Below, one piece after another: positions 1 to 13,242 of a DNA stretch of 64,000 nucleotides. The notes beneath the pieces were generated by a model. It searched no databases. It had not been told where the DNA came from and saw nothing but the letters and a program-made list of their open reading frames with translations. Position 1 is the first letter of the stretch, and every line of letters begins with the position of its first letter. This DNA is from Daphnia carinata (Eukaryota), in NCBI RefSeq assembly GCF_022539665.2, contig NC_081333.1, positions 10,540,001 through 10,604,000 of the forward strand, read 5' to 3'. A program made the translations under genes and the position numbers.

Positions 1-3000
1 TCAGTGTCATCTCTTGCTTCATAAAAGTAGACCATATCCATTTTTCTCGTTGTTTCCCATTCCGATAGCAAATATCCGTGTGAAATAAACATCCGCTTTG
101 CTACAGACGCACATTTTTTTTCTATTTCGAAAGAAGAAAATAAAAAATATTATGAGTGAGGCTGCGCTGAGTTCCAAAGTTTTTTTTCTTTTCGTTTCTT
201 TGCATATCTTTGGGCGGTGGAAGGGGGTGGGATGCACATGTTCCAGCATTCGGGTTAGTGTACCGCATTTTCAGTCATCAGTCACGCGTCCCGGTAACCA
301 GTAACACGCACTCTCTCTTAACGACCTTGGCTACCGTAGCGCAAAAACATTGCACAATCATCAACATGCGGTGCTCATTAGACGGATGCCTTTTTTTCTG
401 ATGCAGCAACTCTTTTCTTCTGTTTTTCTTTTGTTCCCCCTGAATGGTTAGCCAGACATTTAGCTCAGACACGCTCGTATGGCCCTTCGGTATAATGCAG
501 TTTTGTTTTGCGCGGTTGGAACGATTCATATTTGCAACGACCGGCATAGAATGTGCGGCAATCACGTAGTCGTTGACTCTGTTGATAAGGGCACCATTTT
601 TTTTTGTTTTCTATTGTCTTGATAATTTGTGTATTGCCGAAATATCGGCTCGACCAATAGAATGGAACCGTTTATATTCAGACTATGTTGCCCAACGTAG
701 TCCCACTTTTCGTTCAGCCAAGGTGGAACGCGTGAAGAATAAAATCAACAAGTCGAGAGTGGGGGGCGTCTACTGGAACCATGGCGGTAAACAATGTAGC
801 CCGCTACATCACCGCGTTGACAAAAATAATAAGGCCGACTTTCATGCATTTTGCATTCTTCCTTGACCTTTTTGAATGTTTTATGTCTTGTGCTGCTTTC
901 AAAATCTTTTTGTTTTACTTCTCCGTAGCTCAGCAACGTGCCTCTTCGTATGCGGGAAAGAAAGAATTAAAAAAAAAAAAAAAAAAAAGAAAGAGACGCA
1001 CACAATGGAGAGAACGTGTGTACAAACACAACTGAAATTTTCGCGTACAGCATGATGAGTGGGTTTCAGATGTTAGGGGTCACCATGGCAAGGCAATGAT
1101 CTCTCTATTCCTATCTATCTAGTATCCGTCTATCCATCTGTCTTTCTCTCTTTTACCGCAAAAGCCTGGCATACAATAGTGCAATCAATCCGTTTTTTTT
1201 TTTTTGTTTCCCTTCCATTCTTACAACAGCAACTGGAAGGGCCCTTCTCCTATTTTCTGCTTCTTTTGGCTAACGACTTAACGAGTCATCTCTCGTGTCC
1301 CGCTTTTTAACGACCAGACTCTATACGATTCTGAAACTTGCCAGTAGGATGAGACTAGAGACGTTCGGCAAAGCAAGGAATAAGAAATGGGGCAATTGCC
1401 GACCGAGATTGAGATTCGTGATACTTGTGTTTGTTGAATATCTCTGCGTTCCTCCCAGCGGTTGCTATTAAAGTCCCGCATTTAAATCATGAATGACAAT
1501 TTTGAAGAGCCATTTGTTTGTTTGTTTCCTTTATTTTTATTACATTGTTACATCGTTCTTGTTTTGGCATGTAAACGTTAAAAGAAACAGAGTTGAAAAA
1601 AAGAAAAGTTATAGAAAAACAATAGACATCTAAAGGTTGTAATGGCTCGTTCAAACGGCCATCGGCTGATTGCCTATACGATGAAATAGGTTCGGACTGG
1701 ATGGATTGTTTCTATTTTTTTTAAATACAACGTTAGTCGTGTGGTGGAACTAATACAAACGACAAATCAAGCACAGAGAACACAGTACTCTAATAGACCG
1801 TGTCTGTGTTACACAGCAATCGGGACACGATGTCCATACCCCAGCACGGATGATGGAAAGAGTAAGAGCGAACGGCGCGAAAGATAGAAAAATTAAAAAA
1901 AATAAATAAATTTCACAACAGCTGGTTGTGCCAAAACTATGAATGCACTTCTGTTGCCCCATTGACTACCCGACGGTCGTAATGGCTTTTGCAGTGCCCT
2001 GTCAAACTGTGTCTCGTAAAAACGTTCAGTCATCACGCCCAACGGCCATCAAACCCAGCTGGAAGTCTGTACATTCTCAATCGGTTCAACCTCTATCCGT
2101 TCCGTATCCTGTTGATGTGCCACTGGAACAAAGTCGAAAAAAGAAAAGTAAAAAAAAAAAATAAATAAATAAAAAGGCCAAAACATCGATAATATATGTC
2201 TATATACAAAAATAGAGCTTGCATAAAACAAATTCACCAAGAATTAGGTGACGGTGGCTGCTGGAGGGATAACAGCTGAGAGGCGGGCAAAAAAAAAAAA
2301 AAAAAAAAAAATCGTGAACCCAGCGAATGGCCCCGATGCGAACGACCCAGATGATGGCGCGCCGTTGAACGGGAACGGGGCCAAGAGTGGGGCAAGGACG
2401 CTCTCTGTTGTTCTTGCTGCTTCGCGCTCCCTAAACACGACTCGTCGTGTGTATACGTCTCTCTCTCTTTTCTCATTCTTCATATTATTTTTTCTTCTAA
2501 ATTCTAGATGTGCCTTCTTGTGGGAAATAACCGGTCCTCACACACAGCCGGTTCTTTATTATTATTATTATTATTTTTTGCTCTCTATGTATGCGGGGGG
2601 TTGTCGCCTTTTTTTTCTACTTCAAATCTACACAAGTCTCACGAGCGCATTCATCAGTTTTTACCTTGGCGACGCAGCTCTTTAAGTGTCACGAAGCATC
2701 TCGAGCGTTCCAATCCCTACTCAGGTTCTTAACTCGACAGCAATCGTTCCTTGTCCCGCATCACGATGCATACCAAGTTCAAACCTTTTTTTTTCTTTTC
2801 TTGTTATTGCCAACTTTGTTGTTTATCTCAATATGTTGCGCAAGTGCATAACCTTCGATGATGATCGAATACACGCCAACACACACACACACACCCACAA
2901 AAGAAAGGGGGGGGATAGCTTTTCTATATCGGCGACAAGAACTCTGGAGACGATGATGGTGAGCGTCATTACAAGTTGCGTGTTTCCAAAGAACTGATTG

Positions 3001-5383
3001 AACACCTGGGTGGAGTTGACAGAAAAAAACCTGTCAAACAGGAATATCTTCGACCGAAGTTTAGCGTTTTTTGGCTAATGGCACCGATGTCGCAATCAAG
3101 GCGAAATAAAATTTGAGAAATTATCATCTGCGCTACTTTGGCAGGGTTCGATATAAATAACACGATAGAATTTGGATGCAACGCCTTTCCTACTTTCTTG
3201 TCCTCTTCGGCATGCAAATTTTTTTGTTGTTGTTTCAGATTTCTGTTTCTTAAAGTAAGACAAAATAATAAATACGAAAATAGCCGCGTAAAGAGTAACT
3301 GCGTACGTACGTGAGTGGAATGATGGATGAAGAAACAGCAAAGATTGATGGATATACAGTGTATGCGAGCAATCAACTTCCGAGTCGTGTTAGTTTTGTG
3401 TTCACTATTGTGTACACCCCTACAGAAAGTTTCACCGCCGGGTGTAGATACTGTTAAACCATAAACAATTTCCTGGTTGATGTTTTTTTTTGTTTTTTTT
3501 TTTGTACTGCCGTATCCGCCACTAGTTCTTTTCTTTTCTCAGTTTTGTTCGTTTTGTTTGAAAGCGAACGCCCTGTAGTGGAAACGTTGACGTATAAAAG
3601 CAAGAACAAGTTGACACAAGGAATCACATTAGTCAAAGTTCACATTTTATGAGAGGAAATCTGACGTTAATTTTTTTGTTGTCGTTTTCTCTGTTCCGTT
3701 TTCTTATTTTTCCTTGTCGAATATTGTTAGAGGCAACCATAAAAATCAGCCGGAATACGGGAATCCGTCACGAGCCGACAGGGGAATCGCTGTCAAGCAA
3801 AGAGGGAAAGTTATAAGGTCCCATCAGCCAACAAACAGCACGACAAAAATGTATGGGGAAAAGTGGTAACGATAACTATCTGTGGCGACTCTCATAACTT
3901 TTAGAGAAGACACACATTAGTGAATAGCTTTCACCGCGGCGCCGATCTCGGGAGACGTTCGGGACATCCGCTCCCGACGATATCGTTCTGCCCAAAGGCT
4001 CGGCCAGATGACTATCTCACGTCAGGCAGGCGATGGCCAAGATGTAGCCATTCCTCATTATTGGCTAGTTTTCCCATTCGTAGTAGTAGTAATGTGTTTG
4101 TGGCTGTAGCCTATTGTTTAAAAGCGTGAGATGCCAAAGGCCAACACGTATAAGAAAGCCGAAAGCGTGTGTGCATTGCCATGCAATTTCTTTGACGACC
4201 ATGTTGAAGAGTAAGGACATTTTCGACACGATGACTCTCGTTTAAGTGAAAGTCTTTTTCTTCTTTGTTTTGGCATTTTTTCATGTCTCCGCGTTGTGTT
4301 TATTATCGAATCATGGCATTGCTTCATTTACACATATATGGGCGCTGTTCGTTTGAATAATGGTGACACGACAGCAATTATGGGAAAACGTCAGTGTTCG
4401 AACTAAAATCGAAATGTCTTTGTTTCATACATACAATATGTAGTTTATGCATTGCAAGGGAAAAGAGTGCACATGCAGATCATGGTACAATGGAACCTAC
4501 TTTTCCTATTCCTTGACATTATCATTTTCGAGAAATGGACATCCGTTTTGCTAATTTCCACACGACCATTACGAGAATAGCCCAACTGTTTGGTTTGATG
4601 AGACTTGCTAAAGAATGTCAGCAACCACATTTTACGGACGTGAGGGCAGTTTTCGCTCAAACTTAATCGACAATTGTTAGGCCCAATTGGGAGCACGTCG
4701 CGACAAACCAACTTTCCCTTTCGTTTTTTTTTTCTTCTTGTCGCTGGATTGTCGTAACATATACCTCAAAAAGGAAAGAAAACGATTCCATAACTTGTAT
4801 CAGGCAAAACAACTCCCTTTTTGATTTACGTTCAAACCACAGAGTAGACTAAACTACGTGCACTGTACAATAAAACTCGCTTTCCTTCCACCCTTTTAAT
4901 TCAGGGTCGATCTCTATTGCCTATTGTGAGAGACACCTTGCTCGATTATAGAACTCTCTCCACGAAGAAAGAGAATTCAAATAGATAGATGCAAAGTATA
5001 GGCACAAAAATTGATCTTTGTTCACAGCGAAGGCGATAGAAAAAGATTCCGAGGAAGATGAAAGAAAAAATGGGGAAAACGTTACAAGGCCTGAGAAAGC
5101 CAATTGATGTGAAGCTTTTTGACACAACGAGAACGAGGGAGACGAGGCTAAAGAGTTGGATTACAATTATTAAAGAATATACATACGTAGATACTTCGAA
5201 TTGAGGGGTGTTCTCTGTCATGTTCAACACCGTCTTCACGAATTTTGTTCCCCCCTACTTTCACTGGAATACACCATTTGTAAGCTAATGAACACGAACA
5301 GCTAAAAACTAACAAACTGATGCTGCATGTTCTCATGGAAATAAGCATTTTAAAAATATATTCTCACTCCTCCCTGGTTCTTT

Positions 5384-5386
<3 letters not shown>

Positions 5387-5420
<34 letters not shown>
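5387..5420. repeat. (TC)n microsatellite, about 17 units
   Basis: Perfect TC dinucleotide run read directly. Confidence 0.95.
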
Positions 5421-5424
<4 letters not shown>

Positions 5425-8400
5425 AACATTAATGCACGCAAACACTTGGGTTATGTGGGTGTTGCTTTTTTGTGATACGGCGCCTGTCGTGTCCCACTCC
5501 CAGGGATTCGCTTATCTCGTTATCGACTGGATTTTTCCATCGAAATTGCGTTTTTGTTTATGTTCACAATTTTGCACGTTGCTCATCGTTGCGTCATTTG
5601 AATTCACTTCGTTTTTCAAATTTTATCCGAGACAGTTGCGTGTCTCAGCGACTTTCTAACGGTCGATCAATTGTCATTCAAAAAATTAAGTTGCGGTCGT
5701 CCATGTAGTTGGATCGTGAGTACCAAACTTGAAATCTTTGGGACTAGGTTTTACGCTAAGTGCTCGTTTGATTTCCATTGCCTCCATAATCAGTCACGGC
5801 CGTTTCCTTCCTTCGTTTATTGGGTCGGGATTAAAAACGCTCTAACGGGAGAAATGTACGCATCCAAATCCAGTTTGAAATATTAAAACAAATAATTAAA
5901 TACTGACAGCCCATACAATTGTGCATGTCGTGCAATTGCTAGCACATCAAAGGCAGGAGGGAGAAAAAAAAGAGAATGGAACACAAAAGCGGTACAAGTT
6001 AGCGCTTTTTCCGCTTTCCTTCGTTACATTTAGAAGCTTTTATGGCTGAAAAATCTCTACCGAATTTGGTGAAAAGAAAGTGGTGAAATGTTGCAGCTGT
6101 TCAGCAATCATGTTTACTTAACGTTCAAGTTAAAAAAAAAGGTTCATGAAACCATTTTTTTTTCTTGAAATCCTGTACATGTAATAGGACCTGTAATAAC
6201 AATAACAAAATAAAAGAATAGTCGTAGTCATTCGTCTTCAACATGATTAAAGCACTGTGCCCATCATTTCGTTTTTTTTCTTTGTGTGTGTCCTGTTTTT
6301 ATTACACGCCTAAATTATTTGGCTACTCTAGCGTAAAACCTCCATAAAGCAACATAATGGTAACGAAATGAAATTTCAGTGACGACGAGTTACCGTTACG
6401 TCACAGCTCTGTACAGTTGCTCACATCGAACGGTGCAACACAATTGCGCAGTCTGCTTAGACAGGCCATCGATTGAACAGAGAAAGGAAACAATACACAA
6501 AGAAAAGAAAAGAAGTACAATGATCTATGCAGTTACATTTCGATCGGGTGGCGTTGGCTTCAAGAAAAGAGCGTCTGCCGCCTTGAAGAATGGACACGTT
6601 ACAAAAAAGAACGGGGGAATTATTGACAATCGGCCGATGGGCTGAACATTTTCACACTCCGGACTTTTGCAACAAATAACCGTGGCTATGGTCTGCATCC
6701 TTGTGGTTTTTTAGACTTCCTCCTCTTAATTCTCTGAATTTCTTCCGTCATTTTATTCCCTTTCTTTTTACGACTGTTTCGCCTTCTCCCGCACTATACA
6801 ACACTCTTCCGCCCGGCGTGACTCGTTCCACCGCAGTTTGAAGTGTCGAAGACGACGTTATTCGTTTTCTTCGAACCGATATTTGGTATCACGCTTCAGC
6901 TAGCTACCATACAACTGTACACAATGATTCAAATGACAGCAGTTCCTATCTTTGTATTGTGAATTAGTGTTGGATGCATTACTTGCTCCTCTTGCGTCAC
7001 GTTGCTAATCGTGGTTTGGGAAGAACCCCAACGAATAGTGTACCGTTCTTTGAATCGGAATTACAGCGAAATAATAAAAAAACAAAAATAGAACTATAGA
7101 GGCAACTTTCTACAACTAACAATATTTCTATGCCTTTTTTTTATTCATTTGAAATACAGTTTTCCGCTTCAACAATCGCACAGCTTTCGTAGTCATGTTT
7201 TAACATAATGTCTTCACAGTTATTCTGCAAATGGTTTTTACTTTATATCCTTTACATTTCGCCCTCCGCTTTTCTCTTCGTTACTCTGGGAAAATGAAGG
7301 GGAAAATCTTTTGTCGATGAAGAACACTTTCCCGTGAAGCATCCACCTCGGTAAAATGTCGCTGATCCAGGGTATCTAACATTGGGGCAAGTCGACAAGA
7401 GTTTGCAGGTAGTCCAGAATGCTGGAATCAGCATTTTTTCAGTTAGCAATCTTATACATCTATTATAAACCTGAATAGTAAATCCTAAATCATTTTTTTT
7501 TTCGTCTTGTTCTCTCTCTGATTCTTATTCCTATACAAATTCATTATTACCCTTACAAATGCCGGACAGAAGGCGGTTGAATTAGTGAAGCATGTGGACA
7601 AGGGAAACCACAGTTGTTGATACTTTTCACGTTTGGCGCAGTCATCGGAAATAGGCACGCGTTCGCGAAGCGTTGCGAACGAAAATTGACCTTCCCTGTT
7701 TTCCAAGTCTTGACAATCAGTTGCCCGTTAATTAGTGGGCACACCACACCTGCAATACATCACCAAAGGGGAGGAGAACGTGGCAGGAAGGCGAAAACAA
7801 GGAAAAATGTCCTAAGCAAGAAGCGCCCAGTAATGAGCGATATGTTCTTGGAATGTTCAAGTTTGACATTTTAAAATTAGAACTACATTAAAACTTGAAG
7901 GTTACAGCATTACTGATTTAGTTGTGTTGTAACCAGTGTCAGGATAAAACCGCAAGTTCTGATTTTGGGACGTTGACCGTTGCGAGAGCGCCTGATCGCA
8001 GTCTGATTGATCTGGTTATCGTTGACTTCCTTCATCTTTGAGCCAGTAACAATTACGTCCTAATCTAATCTTTAATCTGACTCTCCGTTTTCTTTTTGGG
8101 GAACCCATCGTCATTGATTACTGCTTCCCCATGCCATACTAAATGAGAGTATAGATCCTAATCGTCCATTGGCTCGCTAAAATTTATTTCAACCACCAAG
8201 AGCAAAATATGTCCCCATTTATCCGAACTCGGAAACCACTCAGTAAAGATTGAAAATCTTTCAACAAATATTATTTTTCGTCTATGGTTTTTCCTTTCAA
8301 TCACAGTAAAATGATTGGAAAAGATTACAAACGTTTTTTAGCGGCCTGGTCTAACGTCCCTATAATTGGATTATATGCCACCTTTAAATTCCAAAGCTGA

Positions 8401-10347
8401 AATTCCATAGAAATTGAATTTTATCTCCTACGTATTTGTTGCATTTTCCAGCTCTGCACTAGTCGGTATTCCTAAGTCGATTTGGGTCGCTACTATGGTT
8501 GTAAAGCAAAAGATTGGATCGACATTGCAGCACGTAGCAATTTTTTTCTTCTTCCATCGCCCCCCTTTTTTTTTTTTTTTTTGGCTTGCGTGTCAATTTT
8601 GGGATCTTCCCCTGGCATAAGAATAGCGTACGTCGTAGCACTTACCGTGCGCCGTCGCCCATTTGGCATGCATCACAATTTCTCTCAGTCTCCCACAGCG
8701 CGGCAGTTCTCCCGATCGGGAGGCCGTGCTATACGAAACTCACGGTCCGAGTGAAAGCGGTGCGCCAGGCTGGTATTAAATCAAAGTGTTTGTTTCCTCT
8801 GAACTTTCAAAAATTGTCGTTTGTGAGCGCATCGTTCACATCTAGGGATTCTCTTATGCTTTCTTTTTTTTGAAATATTTTCAACATTAGTATAGATCCA
8901 TTTCCTGTTTCTGTTTCTTTTGTTTTCTCTTCCCTGACATTTGATTGCGGGGTCTTGTTGTCATTGTCGAGAAAGCTCTACTGCAGTATGATGCAGCACT
9001 GGAAACGCTAGCGTACCAATATGAAAATGTAAAGCAGAGGCCATCCGCTTTTGGATTTGTGTATTGCGCTAGACATTCATCATCTGGCATTCGTAATAAC
9101 GATGAGAATGGCACTTTTACGTAGCGCGCTAGCCAGGGCGATGCGCAAGTAAAGAAATTGGAGAGCGAGGGTTAGAATGAGTAAAAAAAAGGGTGGTGTG
9201 TTCAACGTCGCCCGTAATCTGTTCTTTTCATCGGTTTCTCTTTTTTGGGAAATATTTCTTCCGCCAAACGTTGTGACGGAATGCGTACCATTCGATGTGA
9301 CAGCGACAGCACGAACGGAACGCAAGAGAAAACAGCCAAACTGCGTAGCCATCAAATGGTATATGAATAAAGACACACATACATATGTAAAGGGACGTGT
9401 AAAAATGGCCATCATCAAACTCGGTTAAGTTTTTTGTGGCTTTCCCCAAAATCAAGATGTCAACCAAAGTAAAAAAACACAAAAAAAAGAAAATACCACA
9501 AAAATGGACACAAGAGGATTACCGACGAATGCGAAACGCGACGCGCGGTTACATATAATTAAAAATAATGTAAAATTTGTCAGGTAGACAAGAACAGACG
9601 GTAACAAATTAACAGAACCACCGCAGCACAACAGACATTTAACTTGAGTAACTAACAATGCGTCAGATGGAAGAAGCCTGTTATGCTGCAGATCCAGGTC
9701 GGGATGTGATGAAAACCCGTTGTATTTTCTATGAATAAATCTTTAGATTTATGCAGTTCAAAAATAAAGGGAGACAAAAAAAAAAAAGAAGAGAAAAAGA
9801 TAAATAAAACAATCTTAATAAAAATGCGCTGCTGTCACATACCACCAAATCTTTGGAACGGATCGACTCATGGATGAATTTCGTGCTCAGCGCATAATGC
9901 CGAAACAATCTCTGGCAATTCATGAGTCTTGAAAAAAAAAAAATTCCACGAAAAAGTCCAATCAAAATGTCGACTCTGTGCAAACAGACACGCAATACAC
10001 AACGCACAAATAGATCGTTAAAAGAAATGCATTTTTATTATTCATTTCTTTGTCTGATTTTTTTTTTAAACCTCGTTTTATTGACAATTGCGATCCATCA
10101 GATAAACCCATACCAGATTTATAGACCGAAGCCATTTATGTGGTAACTGGAAAAAAAACAAGATATGAACTAAAATTACGTGATAAACTAAAAAAGAAAA
10201 AAAAGAGTTAACAAAAGGAATAGGGTACAGTTATTCAAATGGACCATAAATCATTCAACAGCTGTAGCATTACTATTAAAATCGGTTGAAATATGCTTTG
10301 TTCGATCTCTTGCCTGTACTGATTGGACGTGTGTTTGTAATGAACAG

Positions 10348-11043
10348 GTGTCTTTGGTGAACCAAGACGACGCTCTGTTCCGACAACTGCTGGCGCTCAA
10401 CACGTCCATCCACCAGCTCCGCAGCCAGTCGCTCCAGCGGCGGGCCCGGACGTTATCGAGCAATCGTTCACAGCGCGGTCAACTCTCACCGATGCTAAGT
10501 GCCTCTTTGACCTCTCTGATTTCTCTGACGTCATTGTCAGATGGAGAGGATGTCGAAGTCGAAGGCGATGACAGCGATCCGGATCCCAAAAATGCAAAGG
10601 CAGTTGGGTCATCTTCACCCGACCGCCAAATCTGCCAGATAACAGTTACCACACCCAAACCGATTGCTCCGCAGCAGCTGACGCTTACACGAAAAAGAGT
10701 TTCTTACCCGCCCAAATCGCGAAATCGGAGCAACTCGCAGCTCTCCCGCTGCTCTTTCAACTCGTCATCGTCATCGTCCTCTTCTTCTTCGACGTCTTCG
10801 GGATCGCCGACCTGGTCTTTGTCCAGCGCCGATGCCAAAGCCATTGTCAAAGGTGTCAAGACACCCCGTTCGCCGCATTCGAGCTTCTATTCGCGCTCTT
10901 CGACTAAACACCCACAGCTGTCGACTAAACAGCGGTCGACTAGCAAGCACGACGACCTCCTAATGGTGTTCCACAAGCGCCAGGGCTCGTACGATTCAGG
11001 TTGCCAAGGCTCGGAGCCTTCGGATGCAGAAGTCTTTGTCTGA
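10348..11043 (+). CDS. Terminal coding exon of a LURAP1/FAM89-like (leucine-rich adaptor) protein; upstream exon(s) not located
   Basis: The ORF begins right after an acceptor (gaacag|GTG). VSLVNQDDALFRQLLALNTSIHQLR resembles the LURAP-domain helix (VNLRATDVRLMRQLLVINESI in LURAP1L, recalled). It continues into a Ser-rich disordered tail and ends in EVFV*, a PDZ-binding-like terminus. Confidence 0.65.
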   Translation: MSLVNQDDALFRQLLALNTSIHQLRSQSLQRRARTLSSNRSQRGQLSPMLSASLTSLISLTSLSDGEDVEVEGDDSDPDPKNAKAVGSSSPDRQICQITVTTPKPIAPQQLTLTRKRVSYPPKSRNRSNSQLSRCSFNSSSSSSSSSSTSSGSPTWSLSSADAKAIVKGVKTPRSPHSSFYSRSSTKHPQLSTKQRSTSKHDDLLMVFHKRQGSYDSGCQGSEPSDAEVFV

Positions 11044-13242
11044 CCCTCGATAAAACGACGACACGTCATTGTTGCATAAATTGTCGTCGTTTCTTTTCGC
11101 CCCACATATCCCCATTTCGTGATTATTACAACGCTTTCTATGCGCAATCAGTAACCAGCAGGAAGAAAAGAAGTGAGAAAGAGGCTGAAAAAAGAAAACG
11201 GAATAAAATAGACAATTTTGGCGTCACTCGGTGGAATAAAAAGTGCCGTTTTTCATAACACTTGTGTCAGAGAAGATTGAGATGGAATAAGCCGTATGCC
11301 CCATCTGGTGTCGATGCTAGCGCGTCCCAGTTGCGAAGATGCTTGGAAGCCAAAACGGGCCAGCCACCCACAGATGGACCTTCACTCTGCGAATTCTGTG
11401 TGTAGGTGTTTTCATTAAAAGAAAGGCACGTCAGAAGCCGCACCTTCATGGCTCCTCTCATTTCTAAAAGACTTAACCCAAATTGTTAATTCAACTTGAC
11501 GAAATATCACAGCAGGCACCGTCGCCTTCGCTGCACTTTTTAGCTGACATGCTCTCCCCGTCTGGCCGACTAGCATTGATTGGACATCATCTCTTTTCTC
11601 TTCTATTTTTATGTGTTACTTTCAACTCTCCTCAAATTTTTATTTTTTTTCCGCTATTATTCCCGAGTCAAAACTGTACAGTTATACTGCCGGTTGGAAA
11701 TTGGTTACATCGTGCGCCAAGCCAGCTGCACAGAGTGAAACGTATCAGTTGATGAAATGAGGCAAAATCTAGAGATGTAGGTCATACTTCAGTGCAGCAA
11801 TTAGGCAGAGACCGTGAACGAAACATTTTAAACGAGGTCTTTCGTTTTAAAAAGAGAAAATTCATTTTTAGTTCGCTAAAAAGTAAAAAATTTTAAAAAT
11901 GTCTGCTGTATACTTGGTCCCCCCGGCTCGACTTGATGAATAGCATCAAATGAGTTGAATTTGATTTGTTCCTGTACATTACGCGTGTCGAATTTCACAT
12001 GATTTCCTTTGTTTCTGCTGTGTGCGACCAACTTCCAAGTTCATTCGACAAGAGCTTTAGAACATTGCGAAAAATAAGTTTTTATAATATGCGCGATGCA
12101 ATCAACAACCGGACATAGTAGGGGAACGAGTTTTCCTTTAGTATTTCAACATCCATCTGTAAACGCGATCGGTTGGTATAAGCTCATTATTTTTATTTTT
12201 TTTCTGTTGCTCTTTCGCTTGCTCCCGGCACTTACTCCCACAGAAAGTTCTCTTTCTTTACGAAAAGCATTGGCCGTGCGATAACAATCAAGAAGGCAAA
12301 GGCGTCGTCGATTAAGGGTGCAAGAAGATCGTCGGTGAGGTGACCTGTACAAAGCGTAAATTATGGTCGCGAAACCCAGTTCTTCACAACAACAAAAAAA
12401 ACAACAACCTATGATTGATGATGCCAGGGCTTTTTCTCAAAATTTTTCGTCCATTCCAATCGGCTCAGGAGATCCGGAATGAAGGCCTCACCATTACGTT
12501 TACGATCCCAATTTTTGATTTGATCATAAATGCGGTATATATATTTTTTCTTTTTGTAAGTCATCGCTCACTCGTAAAATTCCTAGAGCAATTCATCATC
12601 TATCCCTCTCTTCTTCTACCTCCTTCATCGTCGGTTCAAATTCACGCCTTGTCGACTTCGTTAAAAAAAAAAAACGATCCGATCGTGAATTTTCCTCATT
12701 CATCAATGGGTGGGACGATACCGGAGATTCGCTCGTGAGTCTTGCCGACCTCCTTATTTTGGCTTTTTCCTTTTTTTTTTGTCTTCTTTTCTTTGTGTTA
12801 TCATCTCTATCTATTCCCCTATGTTGAACGAAAAGAACATAACGCGAAAATAATTATGAAAAAAGAAAAGAACAAATCCTTGTGTATCTGCGTGATCTCG
12901 GGCAATTAAGAACGAAAAAGCACACAATGTGCTCGGTGCGTATGTACGCGCTTTGAAAATAATAATAATAATAAAACAATACAAGACTAAAAAAAGAATT
13001 GAATAAAAAAAAACAAGACATGCTTTGTATGTGTGAATCGCGATTCTTTTGGTTACTACCACCACTTGCTATTGTGATATCTGTTGCTGTGTGTTGGAAT
13101 CTTTCGTGTGGAGATCATCACAAGCAATGAATTCAACTTGTATGCTGTGCTCCTCATCCACTATCCATCTCCTCTTTAGTTAATACACATTTTACGCCTT
13201 CGGTGCTTGTCATCCTTTCATTTTCAGGTTTTGAAATGGTTT

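Noticed and set aside
19..10146. Dozens of 60-145 aa ORFs in the first 10 kb
   Set aside because: Low-complexity translations driven by poly-A/T runs (poly-K, poly-F), with no recognisable domains or consistent exon chain.
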